Assembly: GCA_963663965.2 (NCBI GenBank)
Contig: CAXXFK010000025.1
Coordinates: 96,001 to 160,000 of the forward strand
Length of the DNA: 64,000 nucleotides
From: Sedimentisphaerales bacterium
Lineage (GTDB): Bacteria > Planctomycetota > Phycisphaerae > Sedimentisphaerales > SM23-30
Direction: 5' to 3'
Made by a program: the position numbers and the translations under genes
Shown here: piece after piece, positions 1 through 8,025 of the stretch
How positions within the stretch are numbered: position 1 is the stretch's first letter
How the letters are laid out: every line of letters begins with the position of its first letter
Notes under the pieces: generated by a model
Databases searched by the model: none
Seen by the model: the letters and a program-made list of their open reading frames with translations, nothing else
What the model was told of the DNA's origin: nothing

Positions 1-210
1 GGGTGTGGGCGGGCCAGGCGCGGTGGGATTGGAGTTGACGGGAGCGGGCGGGGTGATATGATGGAGGGAGGTAAATAAGATTGATTTTAGAACTGGATTG
101 AGTGGCTGATATGGAAAGAGTTCAAGACAGGGATATTCTGATGGTTAGGGGAGGGGGAAGAAGCGGACTGTTCGGGTGTTGTCTTATGGAAGCTTGTACG
201 ATGAAGCGCT

Positions 211-342
211 GAGTTTTGTCGAATGATATTATGAAGAAAATATTTTAGACAGGATCATCCCGATAGCCATCGGGACTTTCAGCTCATTGACAGGATGGAT
301 CAGAAAGACGTGACAGAAAAAATCATTGGGTGCGCTTATCGG
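211..342 (+). repeat. Inter-cassette mosaic repeat copy 1 (with hairpin and GxxExxY 5' remnant)
   Basis: Contains AAGAAAATATTTTAGACAGGATCATCCCGATAGCCATCGGGACTTTCAGCTCATTGACAGGATGGATCAGAAA. Hairpin TCCCGAT-AGCC-ATCGGGA at 258-275. ATG at 295 reads MDQKDVTEKIIGCAYR. Confidence 0.9.
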
Positions 343-423
343 ATATCGCCCGGCTTAATAGTGTGGGGAATTGAATGGATAATAATAGAATAATGTACAT
401 GTGAATATTTATGCGGTGTTTCT

Positions 424-906
424 ATGAAAAAATATAATTATATAAAACAAGCCATCGTGTTAGTGATTGTTGTGGCGGGTATTTTAGTTTTATTGAATTT
501 TATTGGCGTAACAGAAAGGCCAGGTAGTATTCAGCCGTCGTTGGTAGATAATGAACTTATCTTCAAAATTAAATATGGTACAACAAATGGATTGCTCAAG
601 CTCATAATTAGAGATGCCGAAACGAACAGTATTGTTTGGGATATCAATTTAAATTATTTCTATGGGGATAAATTGGCATATGGCGAAATACCTAAAGAAT
701 TTGAAACTGACAATGGCGTAATCAATAATGCCAAGCAAAATATTCCTGCGGATGGCAAGCCTGTTGATTTGGTTGAGGGAAAAGTATATGAAATATATTC
801 TGACTGGCAATATGATGCCTTTATTTCAGCGTTCGTTGGTAGTAGAGAGGAATACTTTAAGATAGAAAAAAATAATATTGTATTTGTAGAACGGACCAAT
901 AATTGA
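424..906 (+). CDS. AT-rich membrane-anchored hypothetical protein, candidate orphan immunity protein (paralogue family A)
   Basis: 160-aa ORF with an N-terminal hydrophobic helix. Motif WDINL...LAYGEIP is shared with the ORFs at 1297 and 2780. Confidence 0.75.
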   Translation: MKKYNYIKQAIVLVIVVAGILVLLNFIGVTERPGSIQPSLVDNELIFKIKYGTTNGLLKLIIRDAETNSIVWDINLNYFYGDKLAYGEIPKEFETDNGVINNAKQNIPADGKPVDLVEGKVYEIYSDWQYDAFISAFVGSREEYFKIEKNNIVFVERTNN

Positions 907-960
907 AATTAATTATGCCCTAGACCACCGCATCGAGATGCGGGTGAGGTGGTGGATACT

Positions 961-1100
961 GTGACGCGCTATTACTTCAATGACCGCTGGCAGGTGGTGA
1001 TGGAGATTGTCGAGATTTTAAAGAAAAATATTTTAGACAGGATCATCCCGATAGCCATCGGGACTTTTAGCTCATTGACAGGATGGATCAGAAAAAAGTG
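961..1100 (+). repeat. Inter-cassette mosaic repeat copy 2 (Rhs-like fragment plus hairpin)
   Basis: Reads VTRYYFNDRWQVVMEI, then a core nearly identical to copy 1. Hairpin at 1046-1063. Confidence 0.9.
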
Positions 1101-1273
1101 ATGGATAATAATGCGTTATACAACGACAAGCTGTGCTTGACCGGTGCCATTCGTGACAGGTTGTCGAGGTTACCCGGCCGCGCTTTGGGTTGGGGAATGA
1201 AGTCTTTGACACACTGCCATTATTCTTTGGGTATGCCCCAATCCAAGTTTGGGTTATCAGACCTGTATTTCAT
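1090..1273 (-). pseudogene. Possible IS5-family transposase N-terminal remnant
   Basis: Minus strand from ATG 1273 reads MKYRSDNPNLDWGIPKE*WQCVKDFIPQPKARPG, resembling the (L/I)xDExWxxIxxLxP...GRPR start of IS5-family transposases. Has an internal stop. Confidence 0.35.
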
Positions 1274-1296
1274 CAGGTTTAGGAACGAGTTCTAAT

Positions 1297-1755
1297 ATGC
1301 TAATTAAATGGTTTAAAATTTTGATTGTTACAATATTGTGTTGCGTTATATTTGTTTTAATTTGGCTAATAGGTATTATGCCATATCATGGGGTCAATAT
1401 AGACATATTATCTAATCCCAATTTAGTGATATCCATGAAGCCATATGGCACGAGATTCAGAGGCATTAATTCCGTCATATTTAAGAGTATGAATGATATT
1501 GAATTATGGACAGTAGATTATCATCTAGGTGGAGCTGATAGCGCTTTGGAATATGGGATAACTCCTGAAGGTTGTGATCAGAGAGCTGAGGCGAAACAAT
1601 TAGAAGATGAGATGTTGGTAATAGTTCAGATATATGGCTATTGGCCTATTCCTTGTATTGATGCAGAAGTATTTTGTATTAAAAGAAATACCGATGGACA
1701 TTATGAAATCGATAAGAGAATTACAAAAAAATACAAAGGTCTAAATCTGCCCTAG
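1297..1755 (+). CDS. AT-rich membrane-anchored hypothetical protein, candidate immunity protein (paralogue family A)
   Basis: Likely ATG start at 1297, N-terminal TM helix. YHGVNI...YG...LWTVDY...LEYGITPEGCDQ aligns with the ORF at 2780. Confidence 0.75.
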   Translation: MLIKWFKILIVTILCCVIFVLIWLIGIMPYHGVNIDILSNPNLVISMKPYGTRFRGINSVIFKSMNDIELWTVDYHLGGADSALEYGITPEGCDQRAEAKQLEDEMLVIVQIYGYWPIPCIDAEVFCIKRNTDGHYEIDKRITKKYKGLNLP

Positions 1756-1838
1756 ATCTAACAAGTTGAAATAACGCCATTTTTATTAAAGCTAATAAGA
1801 GTTGTAAGTCTATGGCAATGGGATTGATGAATAAATTT

Positions 1839-1911
1839 AGAAAAATAATTTAGACAGGATGACAGGATGGATCAGAAAATAGTGACTGAAAATTTATAGG
1901 GTACGCTTATC
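1839..1911 (+). repeat. Inter-cassette repeat copy 3 (no hairpin; degenerate GxxExxY start)
   Basis: AAAAATAATTTAGACAGGATGACAGGATGGATCAGAAAATAGTGACTGAAAATTTATAGGGTACGCTTATC matches the ends of copy 1 but lacks the hairpin. Confidence 0.85.
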
Positions 1912-1934
1912 TGTCAGGATATTGTGTTGTGATA

Positions 1935-2483
1935 ATGAAAAGAAAATATGTAATCATTGTACTAATAATTTTGACGATATGGATCGTCTGGTATGAGATT
2001 CAATTTAATACTTTTTTGAAAAGATATGATATATTTTACGATGGTGGAAAGCTCAGATTTGTTGGCAGTGGACACTCAAAATTTGACATAACAATTTATG
2101 GTGTCGATATTACCGGTTATAAAAATTCTGATATCAGATTGAATTTCAATAACCTTGATATTCCCATTAATGATATTAGCCGGGAACAAATCAAAGAGTT
2201 ATTAGATGCTCAGCCGGACATTGGCTATGAGATAAATACGGATGGGACTATTGCCATTGGAACAAAATATTTAAATGGATACCTGATCCATGATTTTACG
2301 ATTTATTTGACCGATGAAGAATTTACTGTCAGCGTCAGTCTGGAACATAATAAAACTAATACTAATCAGTGTATTTTGATCATGCCTGATAAGCCCACGA
2401 TTGGTATTCCGATTAAAAGGAGTGAATTGATTAAAAAAATGGGAAAACCGGAAGAACAGTCAATCACGAGAGAATTTCCATAA
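1935..2483 (+). CDS. AT-rich membrane-anchored hypothetical protein, candidate immunity protein
   Basis: MKRKYVIIVLIILTIWIVW N-terminal anchor. Ends with LIKKMGKPE. Lies between repeat copies 3 and 4. Confidence 0.75.
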   Translation: MKRKYVIIVLIILTIWIVWYEIQFNTFLKRYDIFYDGGKLRFVGSGHSKFDITIYGVDITGYKNSDIRLNFNNLDIPINDISREQIKELLDAQPDIGYEINTDGTIAIGTKYLNGYLIHDFTIYLTDEEFTVSVSLEHNKTNTNQCILIMPDKPTIGIPIKRSELIKKMGKPEEQSITREFP

Positions 2484-2505
2484 TTTATAATAATAGTGCC
2501 TTAAG

Positions 2506-2608
2506 ATGACGCAGTATTATTACTATGGCCGCTGGCAGATGGTGATGGAGATCGTTGAGATTTTAAAGAAAATATTTTAGACAGGATGACAGGATTGACA
2601 GGATGGAT
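2506..2608 (+). repeat. Inter-cassette repeat copy 4 (Rhs-like fragment, three GACAGGAT units, no hairpin)
   Basis: Reads MTQYYYYGRWQMVMEIVEIL, then TTTTAGACAGGATGACAGGATTGACAGGATGGAT. Confidence 0.88.
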
Positions 2609-2779
2609 ATACAATATGAGACATGCGGCAAGATTGAGGTGTTATATGGGGATGGATTGGCTGGAACAGCCGTTAGTTACCACGGAATACACGGACCACG
2701 CGGAAGAAAACAGAGGAGAAAGAAGCGTTGTGTTTTGGCGATTGGATGTTAATAAACTAATAATCAGGTAGAGGTGGCT

Positions 2780-3235
2780 ATGAAAGGCAAGACGATATGG
2801 ATAATAGTTGGTATATTTATAATATCAACCATTTTGTATTATTGTTTTAAATCTTCATATTATGGTGTGGATATGACAGTGATCGATGCCTCAAAACCTG
2901 TTTTTGAGTTCAGGCAATATGGAATATCGAAACAAGGATTATGTTCAATGCATTTTGAAACAATTGACAGAACAATGCTCTGGGATTTAAACATTATCAA
3001 TGCTCCTTCGAGTATACAAATGACCTATGGCATTGTGCCAGATGATGCTGAACAGTTACAAGAACCACTTGATTTGCCGCCGGAAGAGATATGGGTTTTT
3101 GTTGAAGGGATTTTTGATGTTCCGATTCCGGTAATTGCAACCGAGTCATATCGCATCAAGAAAATCGAAGGACAATATGTTATTACTAAACGAACTTCGG
3201 GTATATTCAAGCCGATCAACCTGGCAGGATTATGA
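2780..3235 (+). CDS. AT-rich membrane-anchored hypothetical protein, candidate immunity protein (paralogue family A)
   Basis: GAGG upstream of ATG 2780, N-terminal TM helix. YYGVDM...QYG...LWDLNI...MTYGIVPDDAEQ. Confidence 0.75.
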   Translation: MKGKTIWIIVGIFIISTILYYCFKSSYYGVDMTVIDASKPVFEFRQYGISKQGLCSMHFETIDRTMLWDLNIINAPSSIQMTYGIVPDDAEQLQEPLDLPPEEIWVFVEGIFDVPIPVIATESYRIKKIEGQYVITKRTSGIFKPINLAGL

Positions 3236-3408
3236 GCCGGAGGTGAATTCGACGGAGTTGCCGGAACAGCCGGTTATTACCACCGAGGTCGTCGAGTTCA
3301 CAGAGGGTCCCAATGGTGTTTTGACTGTGAATGAGTTATTTGCTTTAGCGGCCGATCCGAACGATTCATTGGGTGCGCTGCTGGATCCCAATAGTATGGG
3401 ACTGATTG
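3236..3408 (+). pseudogene. Start-less coding fragment (possibly Rhs-derived) interrupted by IS256
   Basis: Reads ...LPEQPVITTEVVEFTEGPNGVLTVNELFALAADPNDSLGALLDPNSMGLI. After removing the IS the frame continues as AADTGISVIKNVVQYSKKTI*. Confidence 0.4.
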
Positions 3409-3429
3409 GGTAGTGTCAAGAATCTTTCG

Positions 3430-5365
3430 GTAGCGCCAGGTAACTGGCAAGGAGTAGCGGATGCAAGAGCCGTACAATGAAGGTTTAGCAAACCACATTG
3501 GCCCCGAGTCATGTGGGCATACCGGTAACGGTATGCTTGAAGCGTTGACAGGGGAAGATGCGGGCTGGGTATTGAGCCGCGTAAGTTTGTACATTATAGA
3601 ACGGAGTGCCGACGCTGTCGAAAATGTCGGAAGGCAACACCGGATGTCTTATTATCGCGAGAGACATTCCGGACTCCGCGCGGTCGAAGACCCCAGGCAC
3701 GCATGGACACTTCTTGCACAGGAACTGGGAGATCCCTTGTTTGGCCTCAGGACACATTATCCTGTGGTCCGCACAGAAAATCCAATTGGAGTACTGCTGT
3801 GATGAACGAACAGGGGAAGTCGGACAGGCCCATAGTACCTAAGAAGTTCTCGAACAAAGAGGCTGGTTGCCATGCCTTGGCGGAGAGGATAGAGGGAAGG
3901 GGCCTGACCAAGGGCAATTCGTCTCTACTGCACAAGTGCCGGACACCGGGCCGGGAAAGCTTGCCAAACGCATTAGAACGAATACGACAGGCAGCCACCC
4001 GGGATAAACAGCTAAAGTTTACTTCCCTGTGGCATCATGTCTATCATGTCGACCACCTGAGAGAAGAATTCTATCGCATTAAGCGGCAGGCTTCCCCGGG
4101 TGTGGACGACCAGACATGGCAAGAGTATGAGGCCGGGTTAGAGAACAATCTCAATAGCCTGGCAGAACGACTGAGAAAGGGGGCATATCGGGCAAAACCG
4201 GTAAGGCGGGTATTCATCCCCAAACCGGATGGACGCCAGCGTCCCATTGGTATTACTACCATTGAGGATAAAATCGTCCAGCGTAGCACGACTACGGTAT
4301 TGAACGCTATTTATGAGGCTGACTTCAAAGGCTTCTCCTATGGCTTTCGTCCCGGTCGCAGTGCTCACAACGCCTTAGATGCTCTCTATGTCGGCATACT
4401 CAAGCGTAAGATAAACTGGGTACTCGACGCTGACATCAGCGGCTTCTTTGATGCCATCGATCACGATTGGCTGATTAGATTCGTCGAGCACCGAATCGGA
4501 GACCCGCGAGTAGTACGGCATATCAAGAAATGGTTGAATGCTGGAGTCGTGGAAGAAGACAAACTTCTGCAGATCAAGGAAGGCACCCCGCAAGGTGGGA
4601 GCATATCGCCATTGCTGGCGAATATCTACCTTCATTATGTATTTGATCTGTGGGCTGACCAATGGCGAAAGCGTAACGCCAAAGGGCATATGATTATCGT
4701 TCGATATGCTGACGATATCGTTGTCGGATTCCAATATCAATCGGATGCCAATAGATTTCATACGGACCTGCAGAATCGATTTGGCAAGTTCAAGTTGAAG
4801 CTTCATCCGGCCAAAACCCGGCTCATTCAGTTCGGCCGCTATGCGACAGAACGAAGGACTACTCAAGGTAAAGGCAAGCCTGAGACATTCGACTTTCTTG
4901 GCTTTACGCACATCTGTTCCAAGTCAAGTAAAGGTCGGTTTATGTTGCTCCGGTTGCCGATGAGAAAGCGGGTGCAGGCCAAGCTAAAGGAAATCAAGGA
5001 ACAGCTCAAATACCGGCGCTATACCTCGATTCCGGAGATGGGCCAGTGGCTTCACTCTGTTATCAGCGGCTGGTACCGATACTACGCCGTTCCTAATACA
5101 TCTCGCTATCTTGGCACCTTTCGCCGTAGGGTCGCCTGGCTTTGGTTCAGAGCGTTAAGAAGACGCAGTCAACGAAGCCGCATGACCTGGAGGCGAATGT
5201 ACCAACTGATAGCAAGATGGCTTCCGCAGCCTAAAATTCTGCATCCGTACCCCCAGGCACGCTTACAAGCTGCTCGTTATGACCCGAGGTAGGAGCCGTA
5301 TGCGGTAGTTCCGCTCGTACGGATCTGTGCGGGGGGCTGGGAGTAATCCCAGTCCCTACCGCGAC
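3430..5365 (+). mobile_element. Group II intron (bacterial class E-like), 1936 nt
   Basis: 5' GTAGCGCC. Domain V GAGCCGTATGCGGTAGTTCCGCTCGTACGGATC at 5293-5325. Domain VI ends CCCTACCGCGAC. Removing 3430-5365 restores the IS inverted repeat. Confidence 0.93.
3802..5292 (+). CDS. ltrA: Group II intron reverse transcriptase/maturase (no endonuclease domain)
   Basis: Motifs PKPDGRQRPIGI, SYGFRPGRSAH, GTPQGGSISPLLANIYL, RYADD and FDFLGFTH. Likely start MNEQGKSDRPIVP at 3802. Confidence 0.95.
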   Translation: MNEQGKSDRPIVPKKFSNKEAGCHALAERIEGRGLTKGNSSLLHKCRTPGRESLPNALERIRQAATRDKQLKFTSLWHHVYHVDHLREEFYRIKRQASPGVDDQTWQEYEAGLENNLNSLAERLRKGAYRAKPVRRVFIPKPDGRQRPIGITTIEDKIVQRSTTTVLNAIYEADFKGFSYGFRPGRSAHNALDALYVGILKRKINWVLDADISGFFDAIDHDWLIRFVEHRIGDPRVVRHIKKWLNAGVVEEDKLLQIKEGTPQGGSISPLLANIYLHYVFDLWADQWRKRNAKGHMIIVRYADDIVVGFQYQSDANRFHTDLQNRFGKFKLKLHPAKTRLIQFGRYATERRTTQGKGKPETFDFLGFTHICSKSSKGRFMLLRLPMRKRVQAKLKEIKEQLKYRRYTSIPEMGQWLHSVISGWYRYYAVPNTSRYLGTFRRRVAWLWFRALRRRSQRSRMTWRRMYQLIARWLPQPKILHPYPQARLQAARYDPR

Positions 5366-5469
5366 CACATTTTTTATTAGTCTTTCATCTGGTAGAGTCT
5401 TTCAATGGAGGAGGGAGGGACAACTCCCTGCCCTGCCTCCCCGAGGGGAGGCAAAAATTTATCGGACGA

Positions 5470-6711
5470 TCATGCCATGACCACCTCCTCTTTTTCAGCT
5501 TTTTTCTCCTTCTCCAACTCATACAAATGATCCATATTCAAATAACGCCTCGTACCCCATTGGGTGCCGGCAATATGTCTCAGGCGGGCCGTGGCCAGCA
5601 TCAGGGCCGAGTGACCATCCGGGAAATTGCCCACCACGCGCGTACGACGACGAATCTCACGCATGATCCGCTCCAGTGGATTATTGGTTCGCAACTGCCG
5701 CCAGTGCTTGTCGGGATATTGATAGTAAGTGAGTGTTTCGAGATAGCTTTCCTGGACCAATTCAGCGGCCTTGCCCAGTTTCATCTCCCGCAATTTGACA
5801 ATCACTTGCTCGGCCTTCTGGATCGCCGCCTGGCGGTCTTCCTGGGCATGGATGGCCTTGAGCATGGCCGCTACCTCTCGCACCTTCTTGCGCGGCACAT
5901 GACTGAACACGTTGCGATACCAGTGGACCGTGCAGCGCTGCCAGTCGGCCTCCGGAAAAACCTCGGCCAGCGCGTCCACCAGACCCAGGCATTTGTCGGA
6001 AACAAACAGGCGAACGCCCTGCAGGCCGCGGCGCTTTAAATCGCGTAAGAAACCGCCCCAACCGGCTTTATCCTCTTTGGCGCCCTCGCAGGAACCCAGC
6101 ACTTCGCGATAGCCCTCCTGATCGACGGCAATGGCCACCAGAATCGAAACATTCTTGACTTCGCCGCCCCAGCAACGTTTCAAAACGATGCCGTCCAGAT
6201 AGACATAGGGATACGACCCTTCCAGTTTGCGGTTGCGCCATTGGTCGATCTGTTGATAGACTTTCTGATTCAGATTGCTGATGGTGCCCGCACTGACACG
6301 GGCGCCCCACAGGCTTTCGGCGATGTCTTCGATACGCCGGACCGAAACGCCGGCCAGATACATCTCGATCAGGGCCTCTTCTACCGAAGACTCCCGGCGT
6401 TTATAGCGCTCGATGATGGCGGTTTCAAAGGTCGTTTTTCGCAGCTTGGGCATCTTCAAATTCACTTCGCCGGTCGTCGTATGAAACTTACGCGGATAAT
6501 AGCCCGCCCGGGTATCGGTGCGGGCCTGGGTATGTTCATAACGCTGGGCGTTGCAGAGCTGGTCCGCCTCGGCGTCCAGCAGGGCATTGAGCGTGTCTTC
6601 CACACTCTGGCGCACCATCTGGCCCAACTGATCCTTCATCTGGGATTGGTCGATTTTTAAAATTTGGTTCAAGTTCCTAACGTCACTGGTCGATTCTTCT
6701 GTTTGACTCAT
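5470..6711 (-). CDS. IS256-family (Mutator-like) DDE transposase
   Basis: EMYLAGVSVRR, YVYLDG, LFVSD, QRCTVH and RTNNPLERIMREIRRRTRVVGNFP. GAAAGGA RBS precedes ATG 6711. Confidence 0.96.
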   Translation of the reverse strand: MSQTEESTSDVRNLNQILKIDQSQMKDQLGQMVRQSVEDTLNALLDAEADQLCNAQRYEHTQARTDTRAGYYPRKFHTTTGEVNLKMPKLRKTTFETAIIERYKRRESSVEEALIEMYLAGVSVRRIEDIAESLWGARVSAGTISNLNQKVYQQIDQWRNRKLEGSYPYVYLDGIVLKRCWGGEVKNVSILVAIAVDQEGYREVLGSCEGAKEDKAGWGGFLRDLKRRGLQGVRLFVSDKCLGLVDALAEVFPEADWQRCTVHWYRNVFSHVPRKKVREVAAMLKAIHAQEDRQAAIQKAEQVIVKLREMKLGKAAELVQESYLETLTYYQYPDKHWRQLRTNNPLERIMREIRRRTRVVGNFPDGHSALMLATARLRHIAGTQWGTRRYLNMDHLYELEKEKKAEKEEVVMA

Positions 6712-6902
6712 AGTCAGTCCTTTCATTTGGTGGTAGGTTTCGGTTTCAAAAACTTCATCGACCAGATGAAGGACTGTTTTTACGGTGTCCTATAATATGT
6801 GCGAAAAATATTTTACCTTATCACTGATTGCTGCTGATACAGGGATATCAGTTATAAAAAATGTAGTGCAATACAGTAAAAAAACAATCTAGGAAAATTA
6901 AT

Positions 6903-7301
6903 ATGAAGATTGGGAATCAAAAAGTCTTTAGTGTTATTTTGTTAGTTGGTTTAGCTACAATAGTTTATATGTTAATTAAATCAAATGGAAACAATGAAAA
7001 CGATGAATTAGTAGAGACGATGTCGATATATGTAATTGAAAAGAATCCTAACAAAGTGTCTGAGATACCAATTAAATTTCATAAAGAAGATAAAATTACA
7101 AATACCGTGTGGATTGAATGTAACATAAAAGATAAAGGCAATGCTTATTATAAGGCTACAGAAGGATCATCATTTTCATTAGATGAAAATCCTGATTTAA
7201 CCAATAAACCGATTGATATAAATCTGTGTTTATTAAAAAATGAAGACGATAAAATTATTGTAGGTACAACTTTTGGATTATCATTGGAAGTAATTAAATA
7301 A
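6903..7301 (+). CDS. AT-rich membrane-anchored hypothetical protein, candidate immunity protein
   Basis: 132-aa ORF with an N-terminal TM helix, followed directly by repeat copy 5. Confidence 0.75.
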   Translation: MKIGNQKVFSVILLVGLATIVYMLIKSNGNNENDELVETMSIYVIEKNPNKVSEIPIKFHKEDKITNTVWIECNIKDKGNAYYKATEGSSFSLDENPDLTNKPIDINLCLLKNEDDKIIVGTTFGLSLEVIK

Positions 7302-7315
7302 ATTATGTGCCAGAT

Positions 7316-7465
7316 AGTTACAACAATGACCGCTGGCAGATGGTGATGGAGATTTTCGAGTATTTAAAGAAAAATATTTTAGACAGGATCATCCCGATCC
7401 CGATGGCTCGGGATTTCGCTTTGCTCAATATCCGGGACTTTCAGCTTATTGACAGGATGGATCAG
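7316..7465 (+). repeat. Inter-cassette repeat copy 5 (Rhs-like fragment plus expanded, nested hairpin)
   Basis: Reads YNNDRWQMVMEI. Core GACAGGATCATCCCG[ATCCCGATGGCTCGGGATTTCGCTTTGCTCAATAT]CCGGGACTTTCAGCTTATTGACAGGATGGATCAG. Confidence 0.88.
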
Positions 7466-7813
7466 GAATTGCTGGGAATTTATGTAACGCAAAGGCGCAG
7501 GGTTGGGATGAGTTGATTGCCACTGATACGAGGATACAGGGATTTTTGCCGAAGATTCTGGTAATGCGTGTGACAGCTTCGGCGGCGGGGTGGCGTTCTT
7601 TCGGCTCCTCCTGAGGCGGATCTTCGACTTTCGGGCCTTTTGCGGGGGTCAATTTTTTCCGAATAAAAACACGCTGAAGGGCCTGTTGCCCAAAAGTAAA
7701 TCAAGCATCTCTGCTTGACATTTAGTCATTCCAAACGTGGTTTTTAAGCTGATAATCGGGTTAATGTCATAATCAAAACAACACTCTTAAGTTAAATTGG
7801 CTTTAAGCAACAT

Positions 7814-7963
7814 GCCCTGAAGCGTGAACTCCGAACGGGCCAGAGACTGACAGCCCACCGGGCTTCAGTTGTGCAGATGTGAGTATTATTAATATTGTGA
7901 GAGGAGGGTGTGATGTATTATAATAAACAGGATGGGCGGAATTCAGGCTGTCTAGCCATTTAG
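7814..7963 (+). other. Structured non-coding element followed by a strong RBS and 16-codon ORF; possible IS110-family left-end remnant
   Basis: Outer stem CTGAAGC (7817-7823)/GCTTCAG (7862-7868) encloses inner stem GGGC-CAG-AGA-CTG-ACA-GCCC. Then GAGGAGG and ATG 7913, reading MYYNKQD...*. Confidence 0.4.
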
Positions 7964-8025
7964 AGAGACAGTACTTGTTTTTTAGGAGTAATTGTGATAA
8001 TTATAAATAGAATAGCATACTTTAT

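Larger units (their letters stand above)
3409..6822 (-). mobile_element. IS256-family insertion sequence (1478 bp without the intron) with 8-bp target duplication
   Basis: Direct repeat ACTGATTG at 3401-3408 and 6823-6830. Ends are GGTAGTGTCAAGAATCTTTCG|CACATT and, as reverse complement, GATAAGGTAAAATATTTTTCGCACATAT. Transposase inside. Confidence 0.93.

Noticed and set aside
150..222. Possible further Rhs remnant (VLSYGSLYDEAL, like YG.YIDE.L)
   Set aside because: Too short and degenerate to support as a feature.
1110..2650. Integron attC sites (TCTAACAAG at ~1757, GCGTTATAC at ~1112, GGTGTTATAT at ~2638)
   Set aside because: Only isolated half-boxes. I could not pair them into complete attC hairpins and there is no integrase. 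IntegronFinder would settle it.
3802..5292. RT as a retron, DGR or defence RT acting on the array
   Set aside because: It has full group II intron maturase features with domains V/VI and clean boundaries. No template/variable repeat pair or msr-msd was seen.
211..7465. CRISPR array interpretation of the repeats
   Set aside because: Repeats are long and variable, the spacers are whole genes of hundreds of bp, and no cas genes are present.
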